DNA from: a virus
Lineage: Duplodnaviria > Caudoviricetes
Reading direction: 5' to 3' (one strand)
Length of the DNA: 64,000 nucleotides
IMG/VR virus record: IMGVR_UViG_3300005937_000414
Span: 4,117-68,116 of that record
Shown here in pieces: positions 34,969 through 43,258 of this stretch. The translations under genes were made by a program, and so were the position numbers. The notes beneath the pieces were generated by a model. The model was not told where the DNA came from and did not search any database. It saw only the letters and a list, made by a program, of their open reading frames with translations. Numbering within the stretch: the stretch's first letter is position 1; every line of letters starts with the position of its first letter.

Positions 34969-36159
34969 GTGACGAAGACAGCACAGGGTGTCCTGATTCC
35001 CGACGCGCTGACGATGGACAAGATCACCCGCTTCGACAAGAACGGGCGCATGTTCATCGGGCACGACGGCCGCTTCGGCCCGCTCACACCGGGAGCGTAC
35101 CTGGCGACGGACGGACATTTTCAAGACCTGAACCACAGGCGCTGGCAGAACGGCAGCCTCGTCGGTGAAATCGCGACGGTGCAACTCGTCTCCGCGTCCG
35201 AGATGGAAGGGCGGCTCGTGCCGCAGTTCTTCGAGGACATGGTGACAATCGATCTGCTGGAGCCGGTCAGCGAGATGATCACCACGTCCGACGGGGCGAT
35301 GGATCTGCTCGACAAGGTGCGCATCGACATCGACCAGGGGCTGGCCGAGGTTCCCGTCCTGTACACGCCGCTCTACGAGCGGGTCAACGGCCCGTTCCCC
35401 GGCGGCTCCGTGCAGATCGGCGGCGATGTCGTGTTCGACGCGAACGTCGTTTTCATGGAGAAGTTCGAAGCAGGCGAGATCATCTTCGGTACGCTGGCCA
35501 AGGCCGGAGTCCCCAGCTTCGTCCCCATCTCGACGTACGCGGCGGGCTTCGAGTGGACGGAGGACATGATCGAGTACGACCGCTCCTACGAGATCTCGAT
35601 GAATTCGAGGGCGTTCGGCCGGGCGTACAACTATCTGCTCAACCACCTCCACCTCTCACCGATCATCGCCTACACGTACGCCGCCGCCAACAAGACGGCG
35701 GCTGCATCGGGCCAAGGCTCGCTGCAGGCGAACACGCTCGTGACTTTTCAGAACGCGTACAAGCACGCCGCCCAGGCTCTGCCGCAGCGGGTGCCGTCGT
35801 GGATCCTCGCCAACGAGGCCGACCGTTTTCAGATCGAGGACGCGCTGCTCACGCCCGTCATCGACGCGAACGGCAACCCTTTGCGGCGTGTGCCGGTCAC
35901 GGGCATCATCTACTACAACGGCGCGACGGTCACGAACGGCGTCAAGTCGTACGTCTATCCGGGTGTCACGGCGGGCAAGTGCTATTTCATCATGCCGGAT
36001 CTGCGCATGAAGGAGCTTGTCCACCACGACCTCCGCATCGACATCGGCCCGGCGGACATCTCGCGGTTGATCGAGGGCCAGCAGGTTGCGCGTGCACGGC
36101 GTGGCCTCTATCTCGACATCCCGAACAGCGTCGAAGAAGTCACGCTACCCACGAGTTGA
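34969..36159 (+). CDS. major capsid protein
   Basis: 396 aa from GTG after GGGAGG; size, position and strongly biased codon use. Confidence 0.8.
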   Translation: MTKTAQGVLIPDALTMDKITRFDKNGRMFIGHDGRFGPLTPGAYLATDGHFQDLNHRRWQNGSLVGEIATVQLVSASEMEGRLVPQFFEDMVTIDLLEPVSEMITTSDGAMDLLDKVRIDIDQGLAEVPVLYTPLYERVNGPFPGGSVQIGGDVVFDANVVFMEKFEAGEIIFGTLAKAGVPSFVPISTYAAGFEWTEDMIEYDRSYEISMNSRAFGRAYNYLLNHLHLSPIIAYTYAAANKTAAASGQGSLQANTLVTFQNAYKHAAQALPQRVPSWILANEADRFQIEDALLTPVIDANGNPLRRVPVTGIIYYNGATVTNGVKSYVYPGVTAGKCYFIMPDLRMKELVHHDLRIDIGPADISRLIEGQQVARARRGLYLDIPNSVEEVTLPTS

Positions 36160-36205
36160 GGAAGTGAGCTTGCCTACCCAGGTCGAAAACTGTAGCCTTT
36201 CGGCC

Positions 36206-36805
36206 ATGAGCGAAGTGATCAGACATACGCTCTCACAGGTGGATCCTGCGGCCCGTACTGCCGTTTGTTCGGTGTGCGGGCCGATCAGGATTCGCTCGCG
36301 TGGGATGAGCAGACATGGAAAACCTCAATGGCGTTGCGCAGAGGCGCAAAACTTCTATATGCGGGAGGTAGCGTCCAAATCTGAAAAAGGAAAACAGTGG
36401 CAAAGGGAAAGCTCGGCTCGCTACAGGAGCAAGAATCCCGAAAAGGTCAAGACTGAAGTCAAGAAGTGGAAAAAGGAAAATCCCGAGAGAGTAAAAGCGG
36501 CTAAGGCTCGCTGGGATCGTGAAAATCCCGAACGGGCCTGGCAACTCAACGCCAAAGCGAGAGCAATGGAATTTGATGCTTTCGTGGAGGATGTTGACAG
36601 GCAAGAGGTTCTCAGGCGGTACGGCTTCCGGTGCGGAATCTGTGGGAAGCCTTTCAAGAAAGGACGGTTTGAAATCGACCACATCGTCCCATACACGCTC
36701 GGCGGGAAGCACTCGTACGAGAACACTCAACCGGCACACACCTCCTGCAACCGCAAGAAGCGTAACAAGCTGGTTGCTCAGGAAGTCACGCTGCCCACGT
36801 CGTGA
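36206..36805 (+). CDS. HNH homing endonuclease
   Basis: CGICGK...EIDHIVPYTLGGKHSYENTQPAHTSCNRKK. Confidence 0.9.
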   Translation: MSEVIRHTLSQVDPAARTAVCSVCGPIRIRSRGMSRHGKPQWRCAEAQNFYMREVASKSEKGKQWQRESSARYRSKNPEKVKTEVKKWKKENPERVKAAKARWDRENPERAWQLNAKARAMEFDAFVEDVDRQEVLRRYGFRCGICGKPFKKGRFEIDHIVPYTLGGKHSYENTQPAHTSCNRKKRNKLVAQEVTLPTS

Positions 36806-37048
36806 GCAGTGGCAGGCACACCGGCTGGAGGGGGGCTGCCGCCCGACAGCCCCTCTCTGAGCCTCTAGGACGCCTCAGGAGCTTTCAGAGGCATCCCAAC
36901 CCTGTCCAGACGATCTCAGGCCGTCAGAACGGCTCCTGTGGCCTCCCAGCGCATGCTCTGGTAGGGTCGCCCGGACAGTCGAGGGTCGAAGTGGAACCGA
37001 ATGCACATGGTTTTCAATCCGAATCGATTGCCCTTATAGGAGGGTGAG

Positions 37049-37771
37049 ATGGGAGTACCTGTCAGGCTGGATTTCACACCTCCGACTCTCCCCGAAGTGG
37101 CCTCTCTGCACATCGAGGAGGCTTCCGACCAGCAGGGGACTTTTTCCGAGATCGAGGTAGTGACGGAAGTAGGCTCCTACCCGAATTACATTTCGTACTA
37201 CACGACGCAGAACGCAACTGCCGTGGATTATTGGTTCCGCATCCGCTGGAAGACATCCGAGGGGGTTTTCACAGACTACTCCCCGGCCATTCAGGGAGGC
37301 ACCAAGCTGCTCGTGCAGGAGATCGTGGACAGGGTGATCCTGCGCAACCCAGCTTTGAACGAGGTGATCGTCACGCAGGAGGCCGTTGCCGTTGTCTCTG
37401 AAAACTTTCCCGGCGAAGACCCACTCACGATCCCTGTTGAAAATGCGACGTACGTGCAGATCCGGGGTATGACGAACATGACGCTCGCCCGCTCGCTGAT
37501 CGCGACGACGCTGGCGTCGGGTGGCTCCGTCTCGAAATTCACTGCGGGCCTCGTTTCTCTGCAGGCAGGCACGACAGCGGCCGACCCGACCAAGGCAATC
37601 GACGCGCTGATCAAGTCGGCAAACGACGATCTGGGCACGGGAGCGAGCTACGTGCTGCTCATGTCCACGGTCGATCCGACGGGCGCGAGCTACGGTTACT
37701 GCTGCGGGCCTGGCGGCTCGTTGCACGGAGTCGATCTGACCCGCACCGTCGCGATGGTGGATTACGCGTAA
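37049..37771 (+). CDS. head-tail adaptor (probable)
   Basis: First gene after the MCP unit; 240 aa; positional call. Confidence 0.55.
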   Translation: MGVPVRLDFTPPTLPEVASLHIEEASDQQGTFSEIEVVTEVGSYPNYISYYTTQNATAVDYWFRIRWKTSEGVFTDYSPAIQGGTKLLVQEIVDRVILRNPALNEVIVTQEAVAVVSENFPGEDPLTIPVENATYVQIRGMTNMTLARSLIATTLASGGSVSKFTAGLVSLQAGTTAADPTKAIDALIKSANDDLGTGASYVLLMSTVDPTGASYGYCCGPGGSLHGVDLTRTVAMVDYA

Positions 37772-38607
37772 TGTCAACGCTCGCCCAGATGAACGCGCTT
37801 TTTCAATCGAACGCGTCGAGTGCACGCTACTACCGCTCGTCGGGCCGCTCTCTGCCCTGTCCTTGCAGAACACCCGAGGGCTTCAGGGATCCGGAGCTTC
37901 ACCTCTCGTTCGCTCAGTACGGGGTCGAGTCGTTCTCTGTTTCATCCGGCGTAATTCCAGCGGGCACGCAGCTTCGTTACACGCTCGTCGCAATCGGCAG
38001 CAACGGAGTGGCTATGTCACCGGCCGTCGTCTACCCGCCGCTCTACTCGGACGAGATCACGGATGCCCAGAGTTTTCAGGTTTCGCTCGCTTTCAACTGG
38101 CCGCCCGGTGAGGCGTTTGTGGGCGGTAACTGGGCCGTGTATCGCTCTGAAAACGGGGACAGCCCCACTTTGCTGGGCACACTCGACCATCCGTCCACGA
38201 CGTTCGTGGACAACTACCCGCTTGGCTCGGGTAGCGTGGGCCTGATCGAGCCTGTGCTGTGCAACGAGGCTGGTGAAATTCCGCAGACTCCCATCGACAT
38301 GATCGTCAAGGCGTTTGTGCAGCCGATTCAGAGCACGAGGGCCACGCGTCTCTCGACGGAGTACCTGCAGGAGGTGTTCGGCACCATCGAGGCGGACGAT
38401 CACCTGGGTATCTTTCCCGTGACGTGGAGCGGCAACCGGCTCGATTTCAGGAACTGGGGCCAGCACGGCGAGGATTTCATCGAGTACGACGGTCAGCGCT
38501 TCTTCGTTATCAACGCGAACATGATCCCCGATCCCGGAAACGGCGACCCGGAACATCACTGGGAGACGGGCCTCAGACTGATTCGAGAGGATGGTCTTGT
38601 GTCATGA
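37771..38607 (+). CDS. head closure/neck protein with FN3-like insert (probable)
   Basis: CPC...C frame interrupted by a ~120 aa beta insert; C-terminal DFIEYDGQRFFV typical of head-closure proteins. Confidence 0.55.
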   Translation: MSTLAQMNALFQSNASSARYYRSSGRSLPCPCRTPEGFRDPELHLSFAQYGVESFSVSSGVIPAGTQLRYTLVAIGSNGVAMSPAVVYPPLYSDEITDAQSFQVSLAFNWPPGEAFVGGNWAVYRSENGDSPTLLGTLDHPSTTFVDNYPLGSGSVGLIEPVLCNEAGEIPQTPIDMIVKAFVQPIQSTRATRLSTEYLQEVFGTIEADDHLGIFPVTWSGNRLDFRNWGQHGEDFIEYDGQRFFVINANMIPDPGNGDPEHHWETGLRLIREDGLVS

Positions 38608-39062
38608 CGCCGATGGACTGGGCATATGCGGCGGCCTTTTTTGACGGCGAGGGATGCGTGACTGTCAACATCGCTGAAAGGAAAACGGCTACTCAAAGCT
38701 GTGTGGTTGGAGCGAGAGCGATGAATCTTTCGCTTCGCGTGGCGAACAACGATCCGACTGTGCCTCGCTGGTTCGAGAAGAACATCGGTGGCACGGTTCG
38801 TTTTCATTCAGCAACGCGCGACTCGTACGTTTGGATCGTTCAGGGCGACCTGGCGCGAGCAGTGGCAGTGAAACTGATGAAATACACGAAGATGAAGAAG
38901 CGGCAGCTTCGTCTCTTCGTTCAACTCATGGATACGCGACAGCCCAACCTGGGTCGTGGGTATACGACGCCTGATTCAGTGTGGAGGCAGCGTGAGAAGC
39001 TGATTTCACAACTGAGGGCTGACCCATATCGGCGGCGCAGAGGTGAGTCGGTGATTTCATGA
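38604..39062 (+). CDS. single-motif LAGLIDADG endonuclease
   Basis: YAAAFFDGEGCV; LRVANND; MKYTKMK. Confidence 0.88.
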   Translation: MTPMDWAYAAAFFDGEGCVTVNIAERKTATQSCVVGARAMNLSLRVANNDPTVPRWFEKNIGGTVRFHSATRDSYVWIVQGDLARAVAVKLMKYTKMKKRQLRLFVQLMDTRQPNLGRGYTTPDSVWRQREKLISQLRADPYRRRRGESVIS

Positions 39063-39106
39063 AGCTAGGACTCAGGATGATTCGCGAGGACGGGCTGGTG
39101 AGCTAA

Positions 39107-39892
39107 GTGGCCAGGCTCGTTCACTGGGACACGCCCAAAGGCATGGGCGGGCTTTTTCAGATCACGCCCCAGACGATCAACGGCATCGAGGCGTACATCC
39201 GCTGGGCGCAGTACGAGGTGCCACGCAACCTGCCCGTCTACATGGACAGGCTGGCGCATTTCATGGCCTTGAAAAACCAGGGATTCGCCCGCAGGATGGC
39301 ATTCGGCCCACTCGACCCGGACGGCAGGCGCACGGAGCTTGCCTGGCGCACACCGGAGCAAGGGATCAGGAGAATTTCACAGAACTACTACCTGGGCTGG
39401 AAGGTCAGGAAACTGCGTCAGGGCCACTACCGGCTGTACAACGCGTCCAAGGAGGCGTATTTCATCGAGTTCGGGATCTCCGAGGTCGGCTTCGGTGAAA
39501 ATCGTCATGTGCCCAAGGGCAGGATTCGCCGTCCCGTCAGGAAGCTGTCGCTGATCAAGACGATTCGCTTCATGGCGACGACGCAGGCGTACCATCGCAT
39601 CTGGACGGACATTTTCAGGTCGCGGCACACGTCTGGTGGCTTTTCACAAAAAGTACAGTCCCCGGCCGGAGGGCATCTGCGCTGGGAGGACATCTCGGAG
39701 CACGAGGCTGGTTCGGTCATGCGTGGCAATCTCCGCGCCGGGCGCTCGCTGACGCACGGCCTGCGCAACGAGGGCGGGCAGATTCAGCAGCGCAGGCCCA
39801 ATGCAGGCGGCGGCACGTACAGAGGCCCGTATCTGCGCGGCAGGGGCAGTGTGCTGCCGCCGACGGGAAGGAGGCGACCGCCGTGGCGGTGA
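39107..39892 (+). CDS. neck/tail-completion protein (HK97 gp10-like position)
   Basis: AYFIEFG motif, basic C-terminus. Confidence 0.55.
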   Translation: MARLVHWDTPKGMGGLFQITPQTINGIEAYIRWAQYEVPRNLPVYMDRLAHFMALKNQGFARRMAFGPLDPDGRRTELAWRTPEQGIRRISQNYYLGWKVRKLRQGHYRLYNASKEAYFIEFGISEVGFGENRHVPKGRIRRPVRKLSLIKTIRFMATTQAYHRIWTDIFRSRHTSGGFSQKVQSPAGGHLRWEDISEHEAGSVMRGNLRAGRSLTHGLRNEGGQIQQRRPNAGGGTYRGPYLRGRGSVLPPTGRRRPPWR

Positions 39893-40557
39893 AATACGAC
39901 CCTGAAAGCTGGCTGGAGTCGGCCGTCCGCGTGCTCAAGGAGTACCTGGAGCAGGAATTTCACCAGTCGCTCAGCAACGGCGGCGAGTTCGTGGGCGAGG
40001 ACGCGTACGAGATCGTTGCCGAGTTCCCAGGCTCGGATCTGGACACGCGCAGGATGCCGATGCACAGGACAGTCGTCCATTTCGAGGTGGACGACATCCA
40101 GAGCGGTGTGGTCGGCATCGGGGACAACATTTTCATTTCGACGTACGACGAGACGGCACAAGAGGTCACAGGGCGCACGGGTGAGGTTCATGTTCTGAAC
40201 ATCGACGTGGGCATCTGGGCCAGTGATGCGTCCGGCGGTGCCACGGCCCGGCTCAGGGCCAAGCAGATCCTCCAGAACAGCCTGGGCGGTGCAAGAGGGA
40301 TCACCAGGCTCAGGAATTTCAGCGATGGTGGTGACGGGGCACTGGAGATCACCGGCTTCTCGGGCGGCAGGTTCATCATGGACAGGATCAACGACATGCA
40401 AGTTTTCAGGATGATCGAGTCCACGCTCATGATCCGCGTGTTCAGCCGTGTGCCTCTGGACGCGAGTGACAGCGGCCCGGCTATCGAGGAGTTCGAGATC
40501 GACCCGTTCATCCAGACCTATGATGAAAACGGACAACTGGTGGAAGTAAAGGACTGA
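39883..40557 (+). CDS. tail terminator (probable)
   Basis: Acidic 224-aa protein immediately before the sheath gene. Confidence 0.55.
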   Translation: MAVKYDPESWLESAVRVLKEYLEQEFHQSLSNGGEFVGEDAYEIVAEFPGSDLDTRRMPMHRTVVHFEVDDIQSGVVGIGDNIFISTYDETAQEVTGRTGEVHVLNIDVGIWASDASGGATARLRAKQILQNSLGGARGITRLRNFSDGGDGALEITGFSGGRFIMDRINDMQVFRMIESTLMIRVFSRVPLDASDSGPAIEEFEIDPFIQTYDENGQLVEVKD

Positions 40558-40570
40558 AAGGTGGTGAAGA

Positions 40571-41719
40571 ATGTCTAGCACTTTGCTCGACCCCCGTGTA
40601 ATCGACGCCAGCACACTGACACCGAGGCAGACGAGCGAGATTTTCCTTCAGCCCGCTGTCGAAGGGCAGGCGGATACGGCCGGGACGGCGAACATCAATG
40701 TGCCCATACTGATTTCACGTCTCGACCAGGCGGCCGACCAGTTCGGGGCGAACTCACCGCTGTACCGCAACATCAAGGCGCTGCTCGACCGTGGCGCAGG
40801 CCCGGTGATCGGTATCGCGTCCGTCAAGGGTGCGACTCCTCCGACGCTCGCGCAACGACAGGCGGCCTGGGAGAAGCTGGAATCGGACACGAACATCCGC
40901 ATCCGGCTGACCGACTCCGAGGTGCAGGCCGACCTCACTGCACTTTCAGTTTCGTGTGCGAACGCGAGCCTGATCGACAACAAGCAGATCGCCTTCGTCG
41001 GCATGCCGTCCGGCACGACGAAGGCGAACCTGATCGCCGCAGCGACGGCGATCACGGCAGGCGGTGAAATTCCCGCATCGCGGACGTGCCTCGTCGCTCC
41101 CGGCGTCTACGACCAGACGGGAACGCTCAGGGGCGGTTCGTTCGGAGCCGCATGCGTGGCCGCCGAGGTGGCCAAGAACGGGGATCCGTCCAACGATCTC
41201 GACCTGTGGGACATTCCTTTGCTCACGGCAATCGAGCTGGACGCGTTCGGCCTTCCGATTTTCAGAAGGAAGGTTGTGTCCGGCGTGCCCATGAACGACT
41301 ACGAGGATCTGCTGCAGGGTGGTATCACACCGCTTCAGCCGTCTCGCATCGCCGGAGGCGTGGCCACGACGCATCTGCGCACGGCGTACACGACGAACAC
41401 CGCGTACGACTCACTGTACACGCGCATCATCGTGGATCAGCTTTTTGTGGACGTGCGCGACTATCTGTATGGCGGTGGCTTTTTCAGACAAGGGAACACC
41501 GAGACGACTCGCAACTGGATCAAGTCGGGCGTGATGGCACTGCTGGACGAGCGCCGCACCTGGCTGGCTCCGGTCGAGCAGCCGGACGGTACGCGTGGCT
41601 ATAAGGTCAACGTTGTCGCCTCGGCGGATTTCCGCCAGGTGATCGTCGGCTACGAGGGGATCGTCGTTCGCGGAATTTCAACGATCAAGGTTGCAGGGAA
41701 CCTCACAATCCCGGTCTAG
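40571..41719 (+). CDS. contractile tail sheath protein (compact)
   Basis: 382 aa; C-terminal RIIVDQL...GNTETTR...I sheath pattern. Confidence 0.8.
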   Translation: MSSTLLDPRVIDASTLTPRQTSEIFLQPAVEGQADTAGTANINVPILISRLDQAADQFGANSPLYRNIKALLDRGAGPVIGIASVKGATPPTLAQRQAAWEKLESDTNIRIRLTDSEVQADLTALSVSCANASLIDNKQIAFVGMPSGTTKANLIAAATAITAGGEIPASRTCLVAPGVYDQTGTLRGGSFGAACVAAEVAKNGDPSNDLDLWDIPLLTAIELDAFGLPIFRRKVVSGVPMNDYEDLLQGGITPLQPSRIAGGVATTHLRTAYTTNTAYDSLYTRIIVDQLFVDVRDYLYGGGFFRQGNTETTRNWIKSGVMALLDERRTWLAPVEQPDGTRGYKVNVVASADFRQVIVGYEGIVVRGISTIKVAGNLTIPV

Positions 41720-41737
41720 CGAAAGGAGGTATGAAAA

Positions 41738-42157
41738 GTGGGTTGGTTGGCTGGCATAACAGCGGTAGACCTGGACATCAAGTTCGAGGCCGGTACGCAT
41801 TTCACGGCCGTGCAGGAGATGACCGAGGAGTTCCGCCAGGAAGTCGCGTATCAGGGCGCATTCAGGCACGACGGCCCCGTGCTGCGGCGCAAGCGCAGAT
41901 CGGACGAAGGCACGATCAGCTTTTCGGTCATACTGCTGAAGAGCGGAATTTCAGGGGAGATGAACAACGAGGACAAGCTCAAGGACATGGAGGACTTCGA
42001 GATCACGACGATCCGGGGCAACCATACGTGGACGTACAAGGGCTGCAACTGGAATCGAATTTCAATTCGTTCCACGCTCGACCAGTGCACGCTCGATGCC
42101 GACGTGTCCGTGCCCGGCTATCCCGCGCCGTATCCGGCGGGAGTCGGTCTGGGCTAG
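41738..42157 (+). CDS. tail tube protein
   Basis: 139 aa after the sheath; FEITTI...TYKGCNW. Confidence 0.7.
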   Translation: MGWLAGITAVDLDIKFEAGTHFTAVQEMTEEFRQEVAYQGAFRHDGPVLRRKRRSDEGTISFSVILLKSGISGEMNNEDKLKDMEDFEITTIRGNHTWTYKGCNWNRISIRSTLDQCTLDADVSVPGYPAPYPAGVGLG

Positions 42158-42160
42158 GCC

Positions 42161-42487
42161 GTGGACAAGCGGGTGGAAGAACTTATCGAACGCGGCGTGA
42201 GCGCGCTCGAAAAGCTGGCGCAGGACGAGATCGAATTTCAGGTGGAGACAAAGCCACCTGTCTGTCCGCACTGTGAGCGGATCAACCCCAGTGTGCGCAT
42301 TGATGAGGCACATGGATCCGGCCCGCTGGTCGAGCATTTCACGCAAGCCCAGTGCCTGCACTGCAACCGGGTCTTCTACGTCATCCCGCTGCATGTGGAA
42401 TGCCTGAAAAACGAAGCCGAAGCAAGGATGCTAATCGAGGAGAAGGTGAGCCTGGGTGGCTACGAACGCAACGGAACAAACAACTAG
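42161..42487 (+). CDS. small Zn-ribbon protein
   Basis: CPHC...CLHC. Confidence 0.7.
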   Translation: MDKRVEELIERGVSALEKLAQDEIEFQVETKPPVCPHCERINPSVRIDEAHGSGPLVEHFTQAQCLHCNRVFYVIPLHVECLKNEAEARMLIEEKVSLGGYERNGTNN

Positions 42488-43103
42488 GGAGAAAATTCGC
42501 GAGCGTCGGCTCGACCGCATGCGCCTGGGCCAGGCGGTGTGCGACTACGTGACGCTGCCCTCCGACCCTGAAATTCGCCTGTGCATCGTCCCCTTGCGCG
42601 AGGCGGACTACCTGGCCGTGCTTGAAAAGGTCAACGTGGTAGAGGCGAACGACGACATCTCCGGCATGGCCGTGCGCGAGCGTGTGATGGCCCAGGAAGT
42701 CTGCGTACGCTCGATTCGCGAGGAGTTCGACCTGACGACCCGCGTCTACCCCGACGTGGAGGAGATGCTCAAGGATCTCGAAGTCGCTGACATCGATGAA
42801 ATCTACGACCGTTACAAGGAGATGACGCAGAAGTCGTCTCCTACCCTGGAGGGGATCCCGGAGGAGGAGTTCATCGAGATAAAAAAACTCTTGCAGGCAA
42901 TGGACTGGAGCGCTCTATCTGGGCGATCATGGTACGCAGCCAAACGCTTCCTTTCAACGATTACGCCCTCGCCACTCCTGGACAGCTTGCCTGGGTTTAC
43001 CTCAACCAACTCGTTGACTACGACGAGCGAGTCCGAAAAATCCACGTCCACTGCCTCACCAAATTTCACCAAGAAAGATGCGAAGTCTGCGGAGAGTCGA
43101 TAG
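42456..43103 (+). CDS. tail assembly chaperone (G)
   Basis: Between tube and tape measure genes; contains a slippery site. Confidence 0.75.
   Translation: MATNATEQTTREKIRERRLDRMRLGQAVCDYVTLPSDPEIRLCIVPLREADYLAVLEKVNVVEANDDISGMAVRERVMAQEVCVRSIREEFDLTTRVYPDVEEMLKDLEVADIDEIYDRYKEMTQKSSPTLEGIPEEEFIEIKKLLQAMDWSALSGRSWYAAKRFLSTITPSPLLDSLPGFTSTNSLTTTSESEKSTSTASPNFTKKDAKSAESR
42881..42887 (+). other. -1 programmed frameshift slippery site
   Basis: A AAA AAA in the chaperone frame; the -1 frame is open to 43258 (KTLAGNGLERSIWAIMVRSQTLP...). Confidence 0.75.
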
Positions 43104-43258
43104 CGGATGTGAGCAAGGTGCCTGCCGAACTACAAGACAAGATCTACCGGCCGGGTGAAGACGGCAAGATCCAGGAATTCACCTGGAACCGGAAGAAGGT
43201 AGAGCGGTTCGGTGACACCACGGACGAAGACGAGACTGAAATCGACATAGACATATGA
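42881..43258 (+). CDS. frameshift extension of the tail chaperone (GT)
   Basis: Open -1 frame ending in an ATGA overlap with the TMP. Confidence 0.65.
   Translation, partial: KKTLAGNGLERSIWAIMVRSQTLPFNDYALATPGQLAWVYLNQLVDYDERVRKIHVHCLTKFHQERCEVCGESIADVSKVPAELQDKIYRPGEDGKIQEFTWNRKKVERFGDTTDEDETEIDIDI

Noticed and set aside
31605-39106. Group I introns or inteins hosting the LAGLIDADG genes
   Set aside because: Flanking genes are complete with their own stops and starts; the flanks are duplicated peptides rather than exon halves; no intein C/S...HN motifs or recognisable intron core.
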